This document shows, piece after piece, positions 39,238 through 52,785 of a DNA stretch of 64,000 nt. Source of the stretch: Auanema rhodensis (taxonomy: Eukaryota; Animalia; Nematoda); assembly GCA_964057225.1 (NCBI GenBank), contig OZ059898.1:9300001-9364000 (forward strand), written 5' to 3'. The notes beneath the pieces are model-generated. The model did no database searches and was not told the origin of the DNA. It was given only the letters and a program-made list of their open reading frames with translations. A program made the translations under genes and the position numbers. Every line of letters begins with the position of its first letter. Within the stretch, counting starts at the first letter, position 1.

Positions 39238-42200
39238 ATGACCAAAAAGCTTTTATTTGTCACTCTATTTTGCATATGTCGCTGTGACAAATTCCTCTTG
39301 GAACCTTTCGATGTATGATATATTAATTTCTATTGAATATAAGTTGATGTTGCAGAAGGCAGGGGAAGTGCCTTGTGACATAGATGGCGGTGAACCCTGT
39401 GGAGTTAATGAAGTATGTATAGCGGAACAAAACACTGCTAGAGTAACTTCACAATCATTTTATCGTTTAATAATGATAATTCTTAGTTTGGACAATGCAA
39501 ATGTGCTAGTGGGTTCACAATGGAGGATGGGTTATGTGTTAGTATTGAAGAGAATGATGTTCACTCCAAAAATAATGTATGCTTGTAAACTTTAAGTTTT
39601 GATTTTGTGCCAATTTTATAGTCTATTATGTTTGAAATCGAGGGGCCCTCTACTATACATCTTCCGATGTCTTTTGTAGATTTCAGAGTATTACTTGATA
39701 CGAAGGAAAAAAGTAAACTAATGTTAAAGTTATTTTATATAAATTTGTTCAAGATCATAATTATAAGATACATTGGGATTTAGTGCGAGGGAACGGACTA
39801 GCTAGTTCCCTTTCATACAACGATGAAGTTCTACATTTAACTAATGTAATACGTGTAGTTAATGCCATAATTTATAATTATATCTCTTTTCAGTTGCTTG
39901 AAGGGACTCTGGAGTTCCGTGTTACAGTTTTGAGTTCTACACGTAGTGGACAAAAAGAATTTGTTTTACATGTCTTACCAGCCGAAAAAGAGAACATTCC
40001 TCCCAAAGCTATAATAAGACCGGAATCTCCCGTTCGTGGCGTTGAAGGCAACCAAATAGTATTAGATGCTGAAGGTACTATTTTGTTTAAATGATTCACA
40101 CAGAATGTTTAAGGTAGCTCTGACGATAAGCCCATTGCTTCGTATAAATGGTCGCAAGATAACGGACCCTCTGTTAATCTTCCAGCTTTGGATACTCCTG
40201 TTTTGAAGCTCGATAATCTTGTAAAAGGTGTTTATACCTTTAGGTATTTCGTATATGCATATATTTTGTGTATGTTGTGTATTAGCGTTGTTGTTTTCGA
40301 CGGAAACCATCTATCTTCAAATGCATCCGTCAAAGTTATTATTGAGGAAGAAAGAGATGACCCTCCGAAGTCAATCATTACTTTGTGTGGAAGCACCAGT
40401 ACAGGGTCAATTACGGTTAGATTACCCTTTCCTGATCTTAAACTATGTGGAAATTCCTCTACCGATGATAAGGTGCGCGTAGTGTATTTCTATTGATATT
40501 AGATGCATTTAAGGGTATAGTATCGTTCAGTTGGTACAGAGTTGATAAACTTACAGAAAAACTAACTGTAGATTCAGCTGGTTATTATCTCTTTTTTTAT
40601 TTTGTTTTTTCATTTTATTTTTATAGGATCTTCGACAAACATTTTAGTTTTAACAAATGTGCAAGCCAATGAAAAGTTGGGTCCTTATGAGTTCCAACTA
40701 GATGTGTCGGATTCGAAAGGGCAGAAAGACTCTTCTAGAATGACAATATTTGTTAACAAAGCTGATAATTTACCTCCAGGTTTGCTCGCATAACTGTTTT
40801 CTTATTTTTTGGTTTAGTTATTAAATCTGGAAGTAATCGAACAATATATCTTCCCGATACGAGCTTGGTTCTTGAAGCTTTTGTTAAAGATGATGGTAGT
40901 ATTGTCTCTTATGAGTGGTCTCAGATAAAGTACGATATCTTTTATTCATATAATTCGAGTCAATGTTTAGTGGCCCGAATATTGCCGTGATATCTAATAA
41001 GAATAAAGCTAAGTCAACTATTTCTGGACTTATAGAAGGAGCGTATACATTCCAATTTGATGTAGTAGATGATGGAGGTCTAAAAGCGTTTGATAAAATT
41101 AATGTTTATGTGCAGCGAGGTATTTTTCTTTCTTAATCAGCTGTGTCTCTACATTCTCAGGCAATAATGAGCATCCAATTGCAATTGCGAGTAACGTTAC
41201 TATTCGTCTTCCATTAGCTGTAGCTATTTTGAATGGAAGCTTGTCCACAGATGACGCAGGAATTGTTTCATACATGTGGGAGCCATCGGAATCTGTGCCA
41301 GCACAAATGGTAATTATTCTTATAATCAAAACTAACTTTAAATACGTGGATAGATTATACTTGACAATAGTGATACGAAACCAGTACTTTTCATTACGGG
41401 ATTAGTGAAAGGACATCATCTTTATACCCTGACTGTTAAAGATCAACAAAAAGCTGAAAATTCTACAGTTGTTTCGCTAGATGTTGAGCAAGGTGCGTTT
41501 TTCATTTAGTAATCAAAACATGAATTTGGTTGAAGGAGCTGAAGATTTGGAGTCTGTTGAACTGTTTCTTGAAAAAACATTAAAATGGAATCATCGAATG
41601 CGATCAAAGCTACAATCTAGAATAGAAGCAGTTATTTCTAGCGCAATTCCAGTTAATAAATATTTTAATTTTTTGAAATATCGTTGAGAATGTGTTCAGG
41701 AAATTACAACAGTCGATGTCCATTTTTCATCATTCGTTGAATCTTTTAATGGATTTCTTCGAGCTGTTTTCTGGATAACAACAGATCAAGGTTAAATTTT
41801 TTAAATTTTCAATGTCATCTTTATTTTATAGCTAAAAGATTGAAAAGGAACATACCCTTTACTCAAGATAGTGTAATGATAGCTAGTGAGGCAGTTACAA
41901 TTCTAGAGCAAGAATGGAGCATGTTTTCCGAGTTCAAAATAATATCGGTTCAAACATTGTGTTAGTTTAAAGAAACAAATTTTTTTATTCAATAATCTAG
42001 ACTGCAAATTGAATTGCTCCGGACACGGAAAATGTAGTGATTTGAGTAAGGAATGTATTTGCGATAGGTTTTGGATGCCTAATTTCTATTCATTTCTTTT
42101 TAATGGTTTGCGTAAATATGATTGCTGTAAGTTATAGAACGTTTAATCTAAAAAATTACATTTTCAAGCCTGGTCATCTTTATATGTTTTTATGTTGTTG

Positions 42201-42876
42201 TTATTTACCTTAATCGTATCAATTTCGTGGGTATTAACGAAAAAGCGTGTCATTTGGTTTGGACGTATAACCAAGCGAAGGTTCAGGAGAAAAAAAAGGT
42301 TTGTTTTTTGTTTTAGGTTAGTATCACATTAGTTTTAGGTATTCTGTTCTTCGGACAGATTCTGACGATGAAAAGGGTATTAGAAGAGGTCGAAATGGTT
42401 AGTCTATTTGAATTTAAGCAAGGCGGTGTTCTATGGGTATTATTTCTGTTCGGGTTCAGTAAACTTTAGACACCTGATAAATGATTTGAAATAATTTTAA
42501 ATTATCTATTATTTAGCATAAAAATAGCGTTAAAAATTTCAAACCATTCATGCGGTTATGTTCGGTTCTTTTTGAAATTGTTCCTTTTTTTGATGTTCAA
42601 AATTCTACGAATACATTGCGAATAGAGCTAAAAAGACATGACAGTTACAGTAGAATTACTGACACAAACAAATCGAACAGTGAAGGATGTATAATGAAAT
42701 TTGTAATATCGAACTCGTTTTCATTAGAAAAATAATCTTTTTCAATTATATTATGACGAAAATTGTTTATAGAACCTCGATTGATGCCATTGCCCGTGCC
42801 TTCATCAAGTGATTCTTATAACTCTGAAAGTGACGAATTATTACGTGGACCCAATTGGAAGGAATCAAATAATTAG
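39238..42876 (+). CDS. KIAA0319/KIAA0319L (AAVR)-like PKD-repeat type I membrane protein
   Basis: Signal peptide, a Cys-rich module, and tandem PKD repeats (LDAEGSSDDKPIASYKWSQ, GNSSTDDKGIVSF.W, LNGSLSTDDAGIVSYMW). Juxtamembrane CSGHGKC..CICDRFWMPN..DC.WSSLY, then a TM segment and a basic/acidic tail. Confidence 0.88.
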
Positions 42877-43203
42877 AGTTACGCGAGTATTAATTAAAAA
42901 AATATTCATAATCTTTTTAGGATTCATTTTTTCTACGTTATAAACGATTTCGGAATGAAAAATTCTTTCAAAATATTGGAATTGGGATATTATTACGGGT
43001 TAATTACAAATGTGATATTAGCATTTTTAGTATTAAATTAATTATAATAATAAATATAACTGATTTGAACTGTTTTCGATAATATACTTCGTTTGTTCGA
43101 AGGTTTTCAGTTATCTCTGATTTTGCTCTAGTTATCATTTTTTAATTGTTTAGATTACGTTATAATATATAGCTAATGTTGGATGCAGAATATCCTAAAC
43201 GGC

Positions 43204-46200
43204 ATGGAGTGTGTGCCAACACCTGAAGATCACTGCAAAGTAGTTATTCTTGTACGGCAGGTAATGTTGAAGCATTATATTTCTTATGGAAAAAGTTTTA
43301 TTCTAGTTGGGGTCGAAAAATTCTGTATTATTCAATAGATTGTTTGATAGATTAACAAGACAAAACACTATACAAGGTATGCTTCGCCATGTTCGAGTAT
43401 TTGAGTAATGTTTTTTAGTCGCAGAAAATTCTCGTCGATTTTTCCATGCTAATTTTATAACAACTGTTAATACTGAACTTTCAAAGTTTGCTGAACTTCA
43501 TGTTGGTCATAACGTTTTTCTTTATTATACCACATGTTTTAGTGCTATCATCGGGTTCTAGGTGTCATTGGTGTTGGTTCTGCTTCAGCTTCACAGCCGG
43601 AAGAGCAAAAAAGGTCAAGCGAAGAGTGTACTGCAGATAATCTTCGTAAATATTCGTCTGTAAACAATTGTTCCTTAAATGAAGTAAAAACGAACTATGA
43701 AAAGTTGAAGAGTGAATATTCAACTCATCTTGTAGACAGTCGATGTATTCTTGTAGGGTATAATTCGGTGAGACAACTTAATTTAACTGCGAATTTCGGT
43801 GGTTGTAGGATGAAGTTAACTCTACTTTCGCCAGCCGTGATATTTTTGCTTTCTCTTCCTTGGAAGAATCAGATGATTTGGAAGTTGGCATAAGAGACTA
43901 CTTAAGATCAATTTACTTTGTCCTTGAAAGCAAAAGAATGGATCTTTCATTTGAAAAAATGGTTTTTTAAAGATTTTATTATTTTTTAATCTCAAGAAAA
44001 TGTTAGGAACCGCCTCCAACGATTGTGCTACCTGAAGAAGAGAAATTTAGAATTGGATTAGAAAATAAGGCTTCTAAGTCCTACAGGTATGAAGCTCTTT
44101 ATATTTATTTTCGTTTTCTTTTCAGAAAAAAATGCATTGGGAGATGTCGCAAACAACACGCGGACTTCACTATGATGGCTGGCTTACCTCAAGTTGCTCT
44201 TGAATCCTACCAAGCTGCAATTGAGCTGCTTAAATCATCAAATGATCTTTTGTGGCTTGCAGGTAAGGCAGTTATGGAAATATTGGAGTTACTTATGTCT
44301 ATAACAGGTGCGTATGAAGGTTGGGCATGTGCAGCAATGACAGTAAAATTTGAAAGCTACAACGATCTGTGTTCTGTATCTATGTCTAGAACTACAAGTA
44401 TGACGCCCCAGCAAATGCGTGAAGCGCAGGAGTGTCGCTCAAATGGACCTACTTTACCAAATGTGTAAGTGATTTGTGTTATTGTTCGGTGGAGGGAGTC
44501 CCATCTCGGTTCCACTTCCTGCGCATGTATGTTCCTCCTATTTCTCCCATATATAGCTCTGCGCATGCTCTACAAAGACACCGACCAGAAAGTAACGGCT
44601 CTATTTGTGATGAAGAAAAGAAGAAATCCAGACTGTGGCAAGGGCTCAGATCTGAAAGGTGTGATGTATAATTTGATAATCAATATCCTTATTTCCTTAT
44701 TTATTCTAACAGATCATTGTTTTATAAGATAAATGGTTGACGTAATACCTTTTTCAGATCGAAAGAAAGAATCGAATTCTCACATATCTTAGAGCGTTTT
44801 GAAAATGCTCTTGAAAACTACAGTAAATTTTCTTTCGCTGCTTTGATAGAATACAATTGCATGATGAAAGCAGTATCTCTTTTTCAACGTCAACGTGAAT
44901 ACATTCAAATGGAGGTAGAACATTTTTGTCTGATTTGAACTGTATGTTCTTTAGGCGTTTCACAGAGACCATGTAGGCAAGTACCTGGATGACAGCTTCA
45001 CACGATTAAATCACTATGCGAAGTCAATGATTTGCAATAATTCAGCTGTTCTATATAAGCACGTATGAATATTGCTAATTTTATTAAATTCTAGCCGAAA
45101 TTTAGATTGGATTTCATAGGAAAAGTTCTTTTTTTGCTAGACTTGGAGTATTATTTCGTTTGCATGTAGCTGATGGAGAGCAGCGAACAGTTCACGATTA
45201 CAGATCTGTTTATCCTGTTTTATACAAGTAATCTTTATCTATATTTTATAAGTACCTTTTTTTCAAACATTTAAGAACACTAGCGGGATATGGGATTCCT
45301 GATGACGTCCGTGAGCATAAGACCTATTGCAGTTCTAAGGGGCCTGTGCAAATGCAAATTAAAGCTCTTCATGAAGTCTATACAGCAGCAATGAGAGCAG
45401 ATCTTTCTCAAGCTGCTATTCGTCATTTATGTTGTTTAATTCAAGTAAGTGGTATTGTAGTAGTTCTGAACAACATATTCATTAATAGGTGTATCATGAT
45501 GATATGGAACATTCTATGCTCACTCGGTTATTCGAAGATTTAATTTCACTTGTAAAAAATGATCAAAGTGGACATATATTGGGACAACGTATTTCTCTAC
45601 AACTAGGCAATATAATATTACCACCTTTACAATTGACCCGCTTTCCTTCGATAACGTAAGCCAATCTCAAAAATTTTTTGGTAATTGTCTTCTAGTCAAC
45701 CCGAGCTTTGTTCTCTCCCTCCTCATCTTTCGCCCAATGTGATCAAGAGAGAAAGTGCTCAGCCTGCTATTTTTATTTATTCGCCCTTTCAATCAAAGAA
45801 AAGCAGCAATGGTTTACACATATTAAAGCAATATTAAAAAAAAATTTTTTTTAGATATTACTTGGGTAGTTAATTGTCCATGTGAAGTATCCGTATTGGT
45901 TTACAATTGTCGGAATGTCGAGCTAACTGTCAGGTAATTAATTAGCTTTTTTCGTATATGCTATAGATGATTCTTTAAGAGAATTATGTTTGGTCTCAGA
46001 AGGCTGTTCCTTTGAGCCTGTTCCTGTTCGCTTAATCTTGCCTGCGGCAGGAATAGGAGTTTCACCTGCACGTATCAAGCTGATAGGTGTACCAAGGTGA
46101 TAGTTCTATTTTAAAATGATAACTATTTCTTACCTTTAGATCTCCAGGGAAATTAACTATTACAGGGTATACTTGTGAAGTTTTTGGTTTGAGAAATGTG

Positions 46201-48082
46201 TGTAGATTGGAATCATCATGCCATCCTTTGACGGTACTGAGATCTATGCTACTCAGTTTTATTTGATTTTTAAAGGTGAATGTATTGCCACCCTTAGCAT
46301 CTATGAAAATACGCAGTTCTTTACCTCGAGCTCCTATTCAAGAAGACGAAGAGGAGCCTAGCTGTGAATCCACAGTTTATTCAGGACAAATGTTGGTATC
46401 TTACCCTTATGAATGTTAAAATTATATTATAGATTTGAGCATTCTCTCTCTGTTAGTAATCCGAGCAATATTCGAATACGCAAAGCACGATTGCAAATTT
46501 GGCAGCCAAAAGTATAATTTATTTCCATATGTGCATGTGCATTTTATACTACTATTGCAGGTGTCGGGAGGACCTCATTTAATTGAACTGTTAAATTCAG
46601 GAGACAATTCCGTGGAAGAAGATGTTGTGTTCAGCCTCGACCCTCTGGAAGTTAGAGAGATTCGATTTAAGATTTTCGGAATTGATCCTACTGCAACCGC
46701 TGATGATGATAATGGAGAAGATAAGGTTTTTTGTTTATATTTTTTATATCTCATTTTTAACGCAATTCAGATTGTTGAAACTGTTTTACCTCTCGCGTCA
46801 ACTGCCGCTGAAGAAGTTTTGCCAGATGGGGGGCAACATGATCTAATTCCATATATTGGTCGTTTGTTAACTTGTCAATTTGTAATTCAGTACGAGTCAG
46901 ATGTGAACGGAGAAAATGGCGAAGTGGAGTCTCCTATCTATTTTCAGTATATAATACCTGTTTCAGGTTTATGAACGATCTTCCCGATTATCACTTGCCG
47001 TTTGCATAGTTCCTGCATTAACTGTTTCGGCCTGGCATGTATTGCCGGGGGATGGCCCATTCTCTCGTTATATTGTTGTCGATGTTACTAATAGTACAGA
47101 ACACGATGCTGAACTTGTATACAGTCAAACGCGTCGTATGAATGTTTTACCCAAAGAAACATGCAGGTTTAGTTTGCATTATAAAACTATTTTTTAATTT
47201 TTATATAGAGTGCCTCTGCTTTCTCCTTGCTGTGCTGATGTGGCAGGACGTGCTTTCTATGCGGCTACTCAAAAAGACAGCCATATGATGCAGCGAATTG
47301 AGGTAATTTCCATTTATAATCTTTTAAAATTGTTTCCATATAGGTGGAACGTTTAAGAAGAACACTTGAGCGGCATGTTGCGAGACATCTGGATATTAGA
47401 TGGACTATACCGGCGATGGCGGTATTATTTTTGGGCTATATATTATTTTATTTCAAGTACTTCAGTTAGAAGGTTTAGTTCCTGTCGGTGCACTCCTTTC
47501 GTCTGTATCCTTGCTAAAACAACTTGTTTTACCTGCAATCTCTTTAGGTAATACAAGATCATCTATTGAATTAACGGTTTTTTTAATGTAGATATTACGG
47601 TTAATGGAGTTCCATATCTAAGTGAAGATGATATTAATGTAGGAATTGGAGAAGTGATTACACTCAAAGTTGCTATAATTTCGTCTTTGGAATGTATTTT
47701 CCCTTTTCTGTATTTGTGCATTTAATTTCTATTAGATAACTTCGATGGGATAATGTCATTGGGCTGTTATCAAGAAATTTCGAATCAGTTTGGTACCATA
47801 GATCGCTTGGAAAATGTACTGCTTCTTGGGGGGAAAAAAGTTCCATTTTCGGTACCTAGTTGCGTAAGTCAAATTTTAATATAAATGCATATATTAATAT
47901 TCCAGGCAACTAAATCAATTCCTGCTCCACAATCTATAGTTAATTTTAAATTGATGTTCCGAGTTGAGGGTAATCATAAATTGCGCCCTGTTATCGTCAG
48001 CAGAAACACCTCTGATACTCTTTTTTCCGATGATGTTTTTGTTACTCCGATTGGGTTTAGTGTATGTACGAAAAGTCACTAG
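43204..48082 (+). CDS. trpp-9: TRAPP II complex subunit TRAPPC9/Trs120
   Basis: Motifs HRVLGVIGVG, GRCRKQHADFTMMAGLPQVALESYQAAIELLKSSNDLLWLAGAYEG, IGFHRKSSFF, IFIYSPF and WVVNCPCEV. Long multi-exon gene. Confidence 0.9.
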
Positions 48083-48551
48083 TGCAAAATACGAGTTTAA
48101 ATGTATTCATTAATAAGCACCTGACCTATTCCTTTTATTTTTAAAACTCTAGTTTTTTTATCTAGTCTTTCCTGCATTTATTTTCACATGCTCCCAAAAT
48201 TATGCATTCTAACCTTTCTTTTCTTAATTGCATACTTCTTATTCAAGCATTTTATTTATGTAAAAAAAGTGGACACTCATAATTTTATATGCATTTTTTG
48301 GTTTTTCTTTAAATTTCATCTATAATACTTTACCTATATAATATAGATGATTTTTTAAATAGTATGTTGCCAGTTATTTTTTGTGTTTAACGGTTGCATT
48401 ACCGCACAATATTTTGTTATTTTTAATATAAGCATGTAAAAAATGTATGCATACAGATTGAAGGATCCAATAGAGACTGGTGGTAATAGGTTCAAAAACG
48501 AACAGGTCGGATAACTATTGGATCAAATGATACTCGAGCATAGAGAGGCAC

Positions 48552-50732
48552 ATGGAAGCACAATGCGTTCACAATGCCTCGGAGCAGATTGCTCGGGCGG
48601 AGGTACTTAATAATTAATATATTCGGGGTAGTTTTTTATTTAGCTCGAAGCGTGCACTGCTCGTGTGATGTTCCAAATAGGGTTTAGCCATGCTAGCGAA
48701 TCTTCCGTAGATATTTTAAGCGATCTCACTAGAAAGTATATTCAGAAAATGTGTGCTACTCTGCGTTGGGTTTCTGAACATTGTAAGATCTTTTTCCAAT
48801 TCATTTTTGTAACTAATTGTTGTTTTAGGTGGGCGAACAGAAGTGAGTATGGGGGATGTAGAATATGCATACCGTCAGATGAATATCAATGTAGATGAAA
48901 TGAATGATTATATGAACCAGGTTCGCAACTATATGCCCTTACGAGTTGTGAGTTTGATGTTATCCTTAGCTTAGTTTTATAAAATATTTTCAAGTTGCCT
49001 CACTTAAAATCGAATGTCACTCTGCGACAATTTAAAAGTCGAAATGATTTACCCTCTCCTAATCGACATCCAGATTTTCCTTCATGGGTTCCTACAACTT
49101 GCACCAGTTATAACTCAGGCAAGCCATCTTCACCACGAGAATCTAAGAAGTATGTGAAAAAAACAGTGCATTATCTCTACGATTTATTCCAGTGTTGCGC
49201 AACTTGTTCGCGCTCCGGCTTTGCCTGATTTTTCAGATCAAAATGCAATATCTCTCGGTCTCTGTAAATTGAAGAAACATCAAGATCAAGGCAGAAATGT
49301 TCTAACTCAGCGAGTTTGTTTCGACTATGAAATAATCAAAATTGACCAACTATTTTAGCCTCTATATCATAATCAGAATTTAATGAAGCGTACTCAATCA
49401 TCGTGTTCAGTATCGCAACCACCGTCTAGGCCTCTCTCCAGAATTAGCGTTCCAAAAACAGGTGTTTTTCTCAATACTATTCATTTATATTTATTTTGTA
49501 GAAGTCGAAAGTGACAAAAGTCATTCACCTGACGTTGACTTGCCTATTTCGAACACTCCCAGTGTTCCAATGTTCAAGAGGCGTTTAATCAAAAGGCGAA
49601 GCGATGTATTTTTGTTTGTGTGAGCGCTATTAAAATGTCTATTTAGGAGACTCCAACTCCACCCCTTTGTGCTCCAAGCCCTTCTGCACTCGGGAAAATT
49701 CGCTCTGATCACTTTAGTGTGCTTGATATTCTGCAGAATGCCTCATCATGTCCTGTTTCTCCTGCTCCACAATCTGTTCCAGCTCCTGCAGCTTCCCACC
49801 CTCTACTCACTCAAAACCATGCCATTACAAAAACACAGGTAAGTGAGACGTAAGGGAAAAAATATAATATGTTTCTTATCAGCCTAATAGTTGTATTCAA
49901 CATGGGAGTCTACTTACGGTTGCATCTGATTTGATAAGTGGTATGTACTTAATATTTCAAGTTTCCTCATCATTTAAATAAATTTTAGATCCCGGAGGAG
50001 TCGTAAGTGCTGCTCTGGCTGGTAGATCTGCGCCATCACTCCCTCCGCCTGTAGCACCTATTCCAAGGAACAGCATGAATTTATATGAGCCTCCTGAAGT
50101 TGACGAACAGCCTACGAGACTGGTCCAGATGGCAATTTTGCGTCATCTGTTCACATTAGATTCTAATCTACCTGTTCAACTTTCTCAGGTTTGTTGCTTT
50201 GTTTGATATATGTATTAGCTGTAAGCAGGCTTTTAATCAAATTGCTGGACACCGTGAAAAGTCACCCGCTCAAGAACATCGGAACAAGCCAATCTATCAT
50301 ATTGTGCGCAGTGAATCGTCAGCTGGTGAAGAGCCGGTAATTTTCGATTAGTGTCGTGCGCATTGCATTTTTAAGGTTCGCGTTTTACCGCCGCTGAAGA
50401 TTAGAATCAGTCGAGGTTTTGAAGAGGGAGAAAGTGTGGAACCTTCACCAGTGAGTGTTATTAGTCATTCTCCGACTGACACCGATGACTCTGATGATGG
50501 AATAGAAAGGGTAATATTTTGTGTACATTCCTGATGTTACCTACACATTCAATTGTTGCAGAAACGCCGCCATAAAAAGAAAAAGAAAAAGAAGAAGAAA
50601 CACAAGCAAATGGATGAAGCAGATTTGGATTCTAGTCAACCTTCGCCTTGTGAAATAAAGGATGATGGTGGTGGTATTCGTTTAAAGATTAGATTGAGAC
50701 CACCTTCCAGACCGTCATCGAACGCATCCTAA
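48552..50732 (+). CDS. Bromodomain-associated (BTP) histone-fold protein, TAF3-like
   Basis: N-terminal ARVMFQIGFSHASESSVDILSDLTRKYIQKM..SEH.GRTEVSMGDVEYAYRQMNI fits a TAF3/TAF8 histone fold. A Pro/Ser-rich linker and a poly-Lys tract follow. No PHD finger seen. Confidence 0.7.
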
Positions 50733-51007
50733 TGTTTTTGCACCATCATTCCAAATATGTTCTAACAATGTTTAATTATTATATTATGATTATCTTATGA
50801 GTCTCATTTCATCATCTCATTCTTGTTTTCTGTATCTTTGTTTTTTTTTTGAGTTTTGGTTGGTTTTGCCTCCCGAGTCGGGTACCTTTTAAATCTCTCA
50901 ATGATCCCTGTTTTGTTCTTTATATTTATTGGGCAATAATAAATGATAATTCAAAGTTTATTTGCTGAACTTAAAATTTTGGACGCAGGAAGATTTTTAT
51001 GCATCAT

Positions 51008-52274
51008 TTAGCAAGTTTTGTAGGTAGATGATAAGCTCATTGTAAATATCTGAAACAATGTGTTTAGAGCTATGAATAGGTCTATAAACAAACTATGGAG
51101 TAAATTGTTCACCGATGACAATAAAATTTTAGTGACACTTATTTTATCGGTTTCGTGAAGTTTCTATAGTTTAAAAATTTTTTTAATTAAGAAAAAATAG
51201 TGGAATCACCAAGAATTCTTTATAAGACCTATGTAATGTAATATTCATCAATTCTTGTTGTGGCTTGTTATAAAAACGGTCCATTGTCTACAGAGAAATA
51301 TTCGATTTTAATTTCATAGAGATCTTACCTTTGTTATAAAGATTTGAGCGTTTTTTGTACTAATATCATATTGCTTTTTAACATCACTATGAATAATATG
51401 CAAACGCTCTGCTAATTGACGATCCCTATTGAACACAAAACTGATCGCCTCAAAAAGAATTTAATTCACTAATCTACTGAAAGTAAACAATACCGAATCT
51501 GTATCTGTCAAAATGTTAAATTTAGTAAGCATTTCAAGAAGTATATCTTTTTGAGTATTATTTATATATCCAGTAAAAATATCTATAACAAAGTCATATT
51601 TTTTAACGTTTTGAGAGTTTCAATAAGATCGAACACCACTAACATAGTAAGGGTAAATTACAACCATTATTTCAAACCTTCTAGATTTATAATTATTTTT
51701 ATATATTTAATTTAATCTTTAGATGTCCGAATAACAGATAAGGATGAAATTATGAGCGGTATAGTATAGTATAGTAAAACATTATTCTTTCTATTTTCCA
51801 TCATTGTGTTCAAAGTAAAATATTTTCTCACCTACCAATTGTTTTTCTCACAGGGGCAGTCTCAATAAATTTTTTTTGAACATTATAGCGTATGTGTGGG
51901 GGTAAACTCTGAAAATAATGTAAGATTTTCATTGAAGATACTCTTGCCAGATATCTTGCTCCAATGTCCGCTAGGAGGGAAAAATAAGCATTGTACGTTG
52001 GTACTCCAATGAAAAAAGACTCAGCCATAAAATATCCCACTTTAGAATATGACTAAAAAATCTAGAATTACAGACAAATGAAATTAATCTTACGCTCTGC
52101 AAAAATTTATCTACATCAGTATTATTATCCGAAACAAAACTCTGTAGCTAAATATCGATGATGAAATAAATAAGAATGTGTCTAGCAAACTTTTCTAATA
52201 TCATTAGGCGACGTTGCAGAAAGTGAGAAAAGCAATGAGAATACCCACAATAACTTAGAAGCTGAGAATACCAT
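51008..52274 (-). CDS. Secreted protein with a divergent fatty-acid/retinol-binding (FAR)-like helical domain
   Basis: Signal peptide MVFSASKLLWVFSLLFSLSAT. The C-terminal half INNTQKDILLEMLTKF..DTDSAISFVFNRDRQLAERL..VKKQYDISTKNAQIFI..KLHETDKISVTKIF follows the FAR helix pattern. Confidence 0.55.
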
Positions 52275-52785
52275 GATAACTTTTTAATTACAATTTGCAA
52301 AATAAAGTATATATAGTATATTTCAAATATACTATAAATGTTTTATAGTTTATATTAACTAATGGTAACGAAATTGTTTAACAGACATTGTATAAGGATA
52401 ATATTTCAATCATTCGTTTCCAATTTTTTAAAATAAATCAAGAATGCCTTTTATCATAAATACTTCTAAACATTTTCTTCTAGTTCATTTCCAATCATTA
52501 CTCCCAGTTTGTACTACAGTACGAATTCTTACAGCTCATATTATAATATTAACCATAAATTCCAACATCAATATTTGAAATAATGTTTTCTAAACAATGA
52601 ACACTCCTGTAGTCATAGTTCGGGTCAACGTGTTCGTCCTAGCACATAAACAGTGCTGACGTTTTAATTGTTTATCATGCGTGTAGCTTTGGTTTTTCTT
52701 AGTTTAGTATGCATCAATTCTTGTTATTTGAAATTCTATATCGTATTCGCTTGTTAAAAATCGTTTAGTAATTTTCTGCTTTCAG

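Noticed and set aside
44466-44557. GC-rich TRAPPC9 intron that looks like a cassette micro-exon
   Set aside because: Inclusion would shift the frame or need introns of about 30 nt. Simple skipping keeps the frame.
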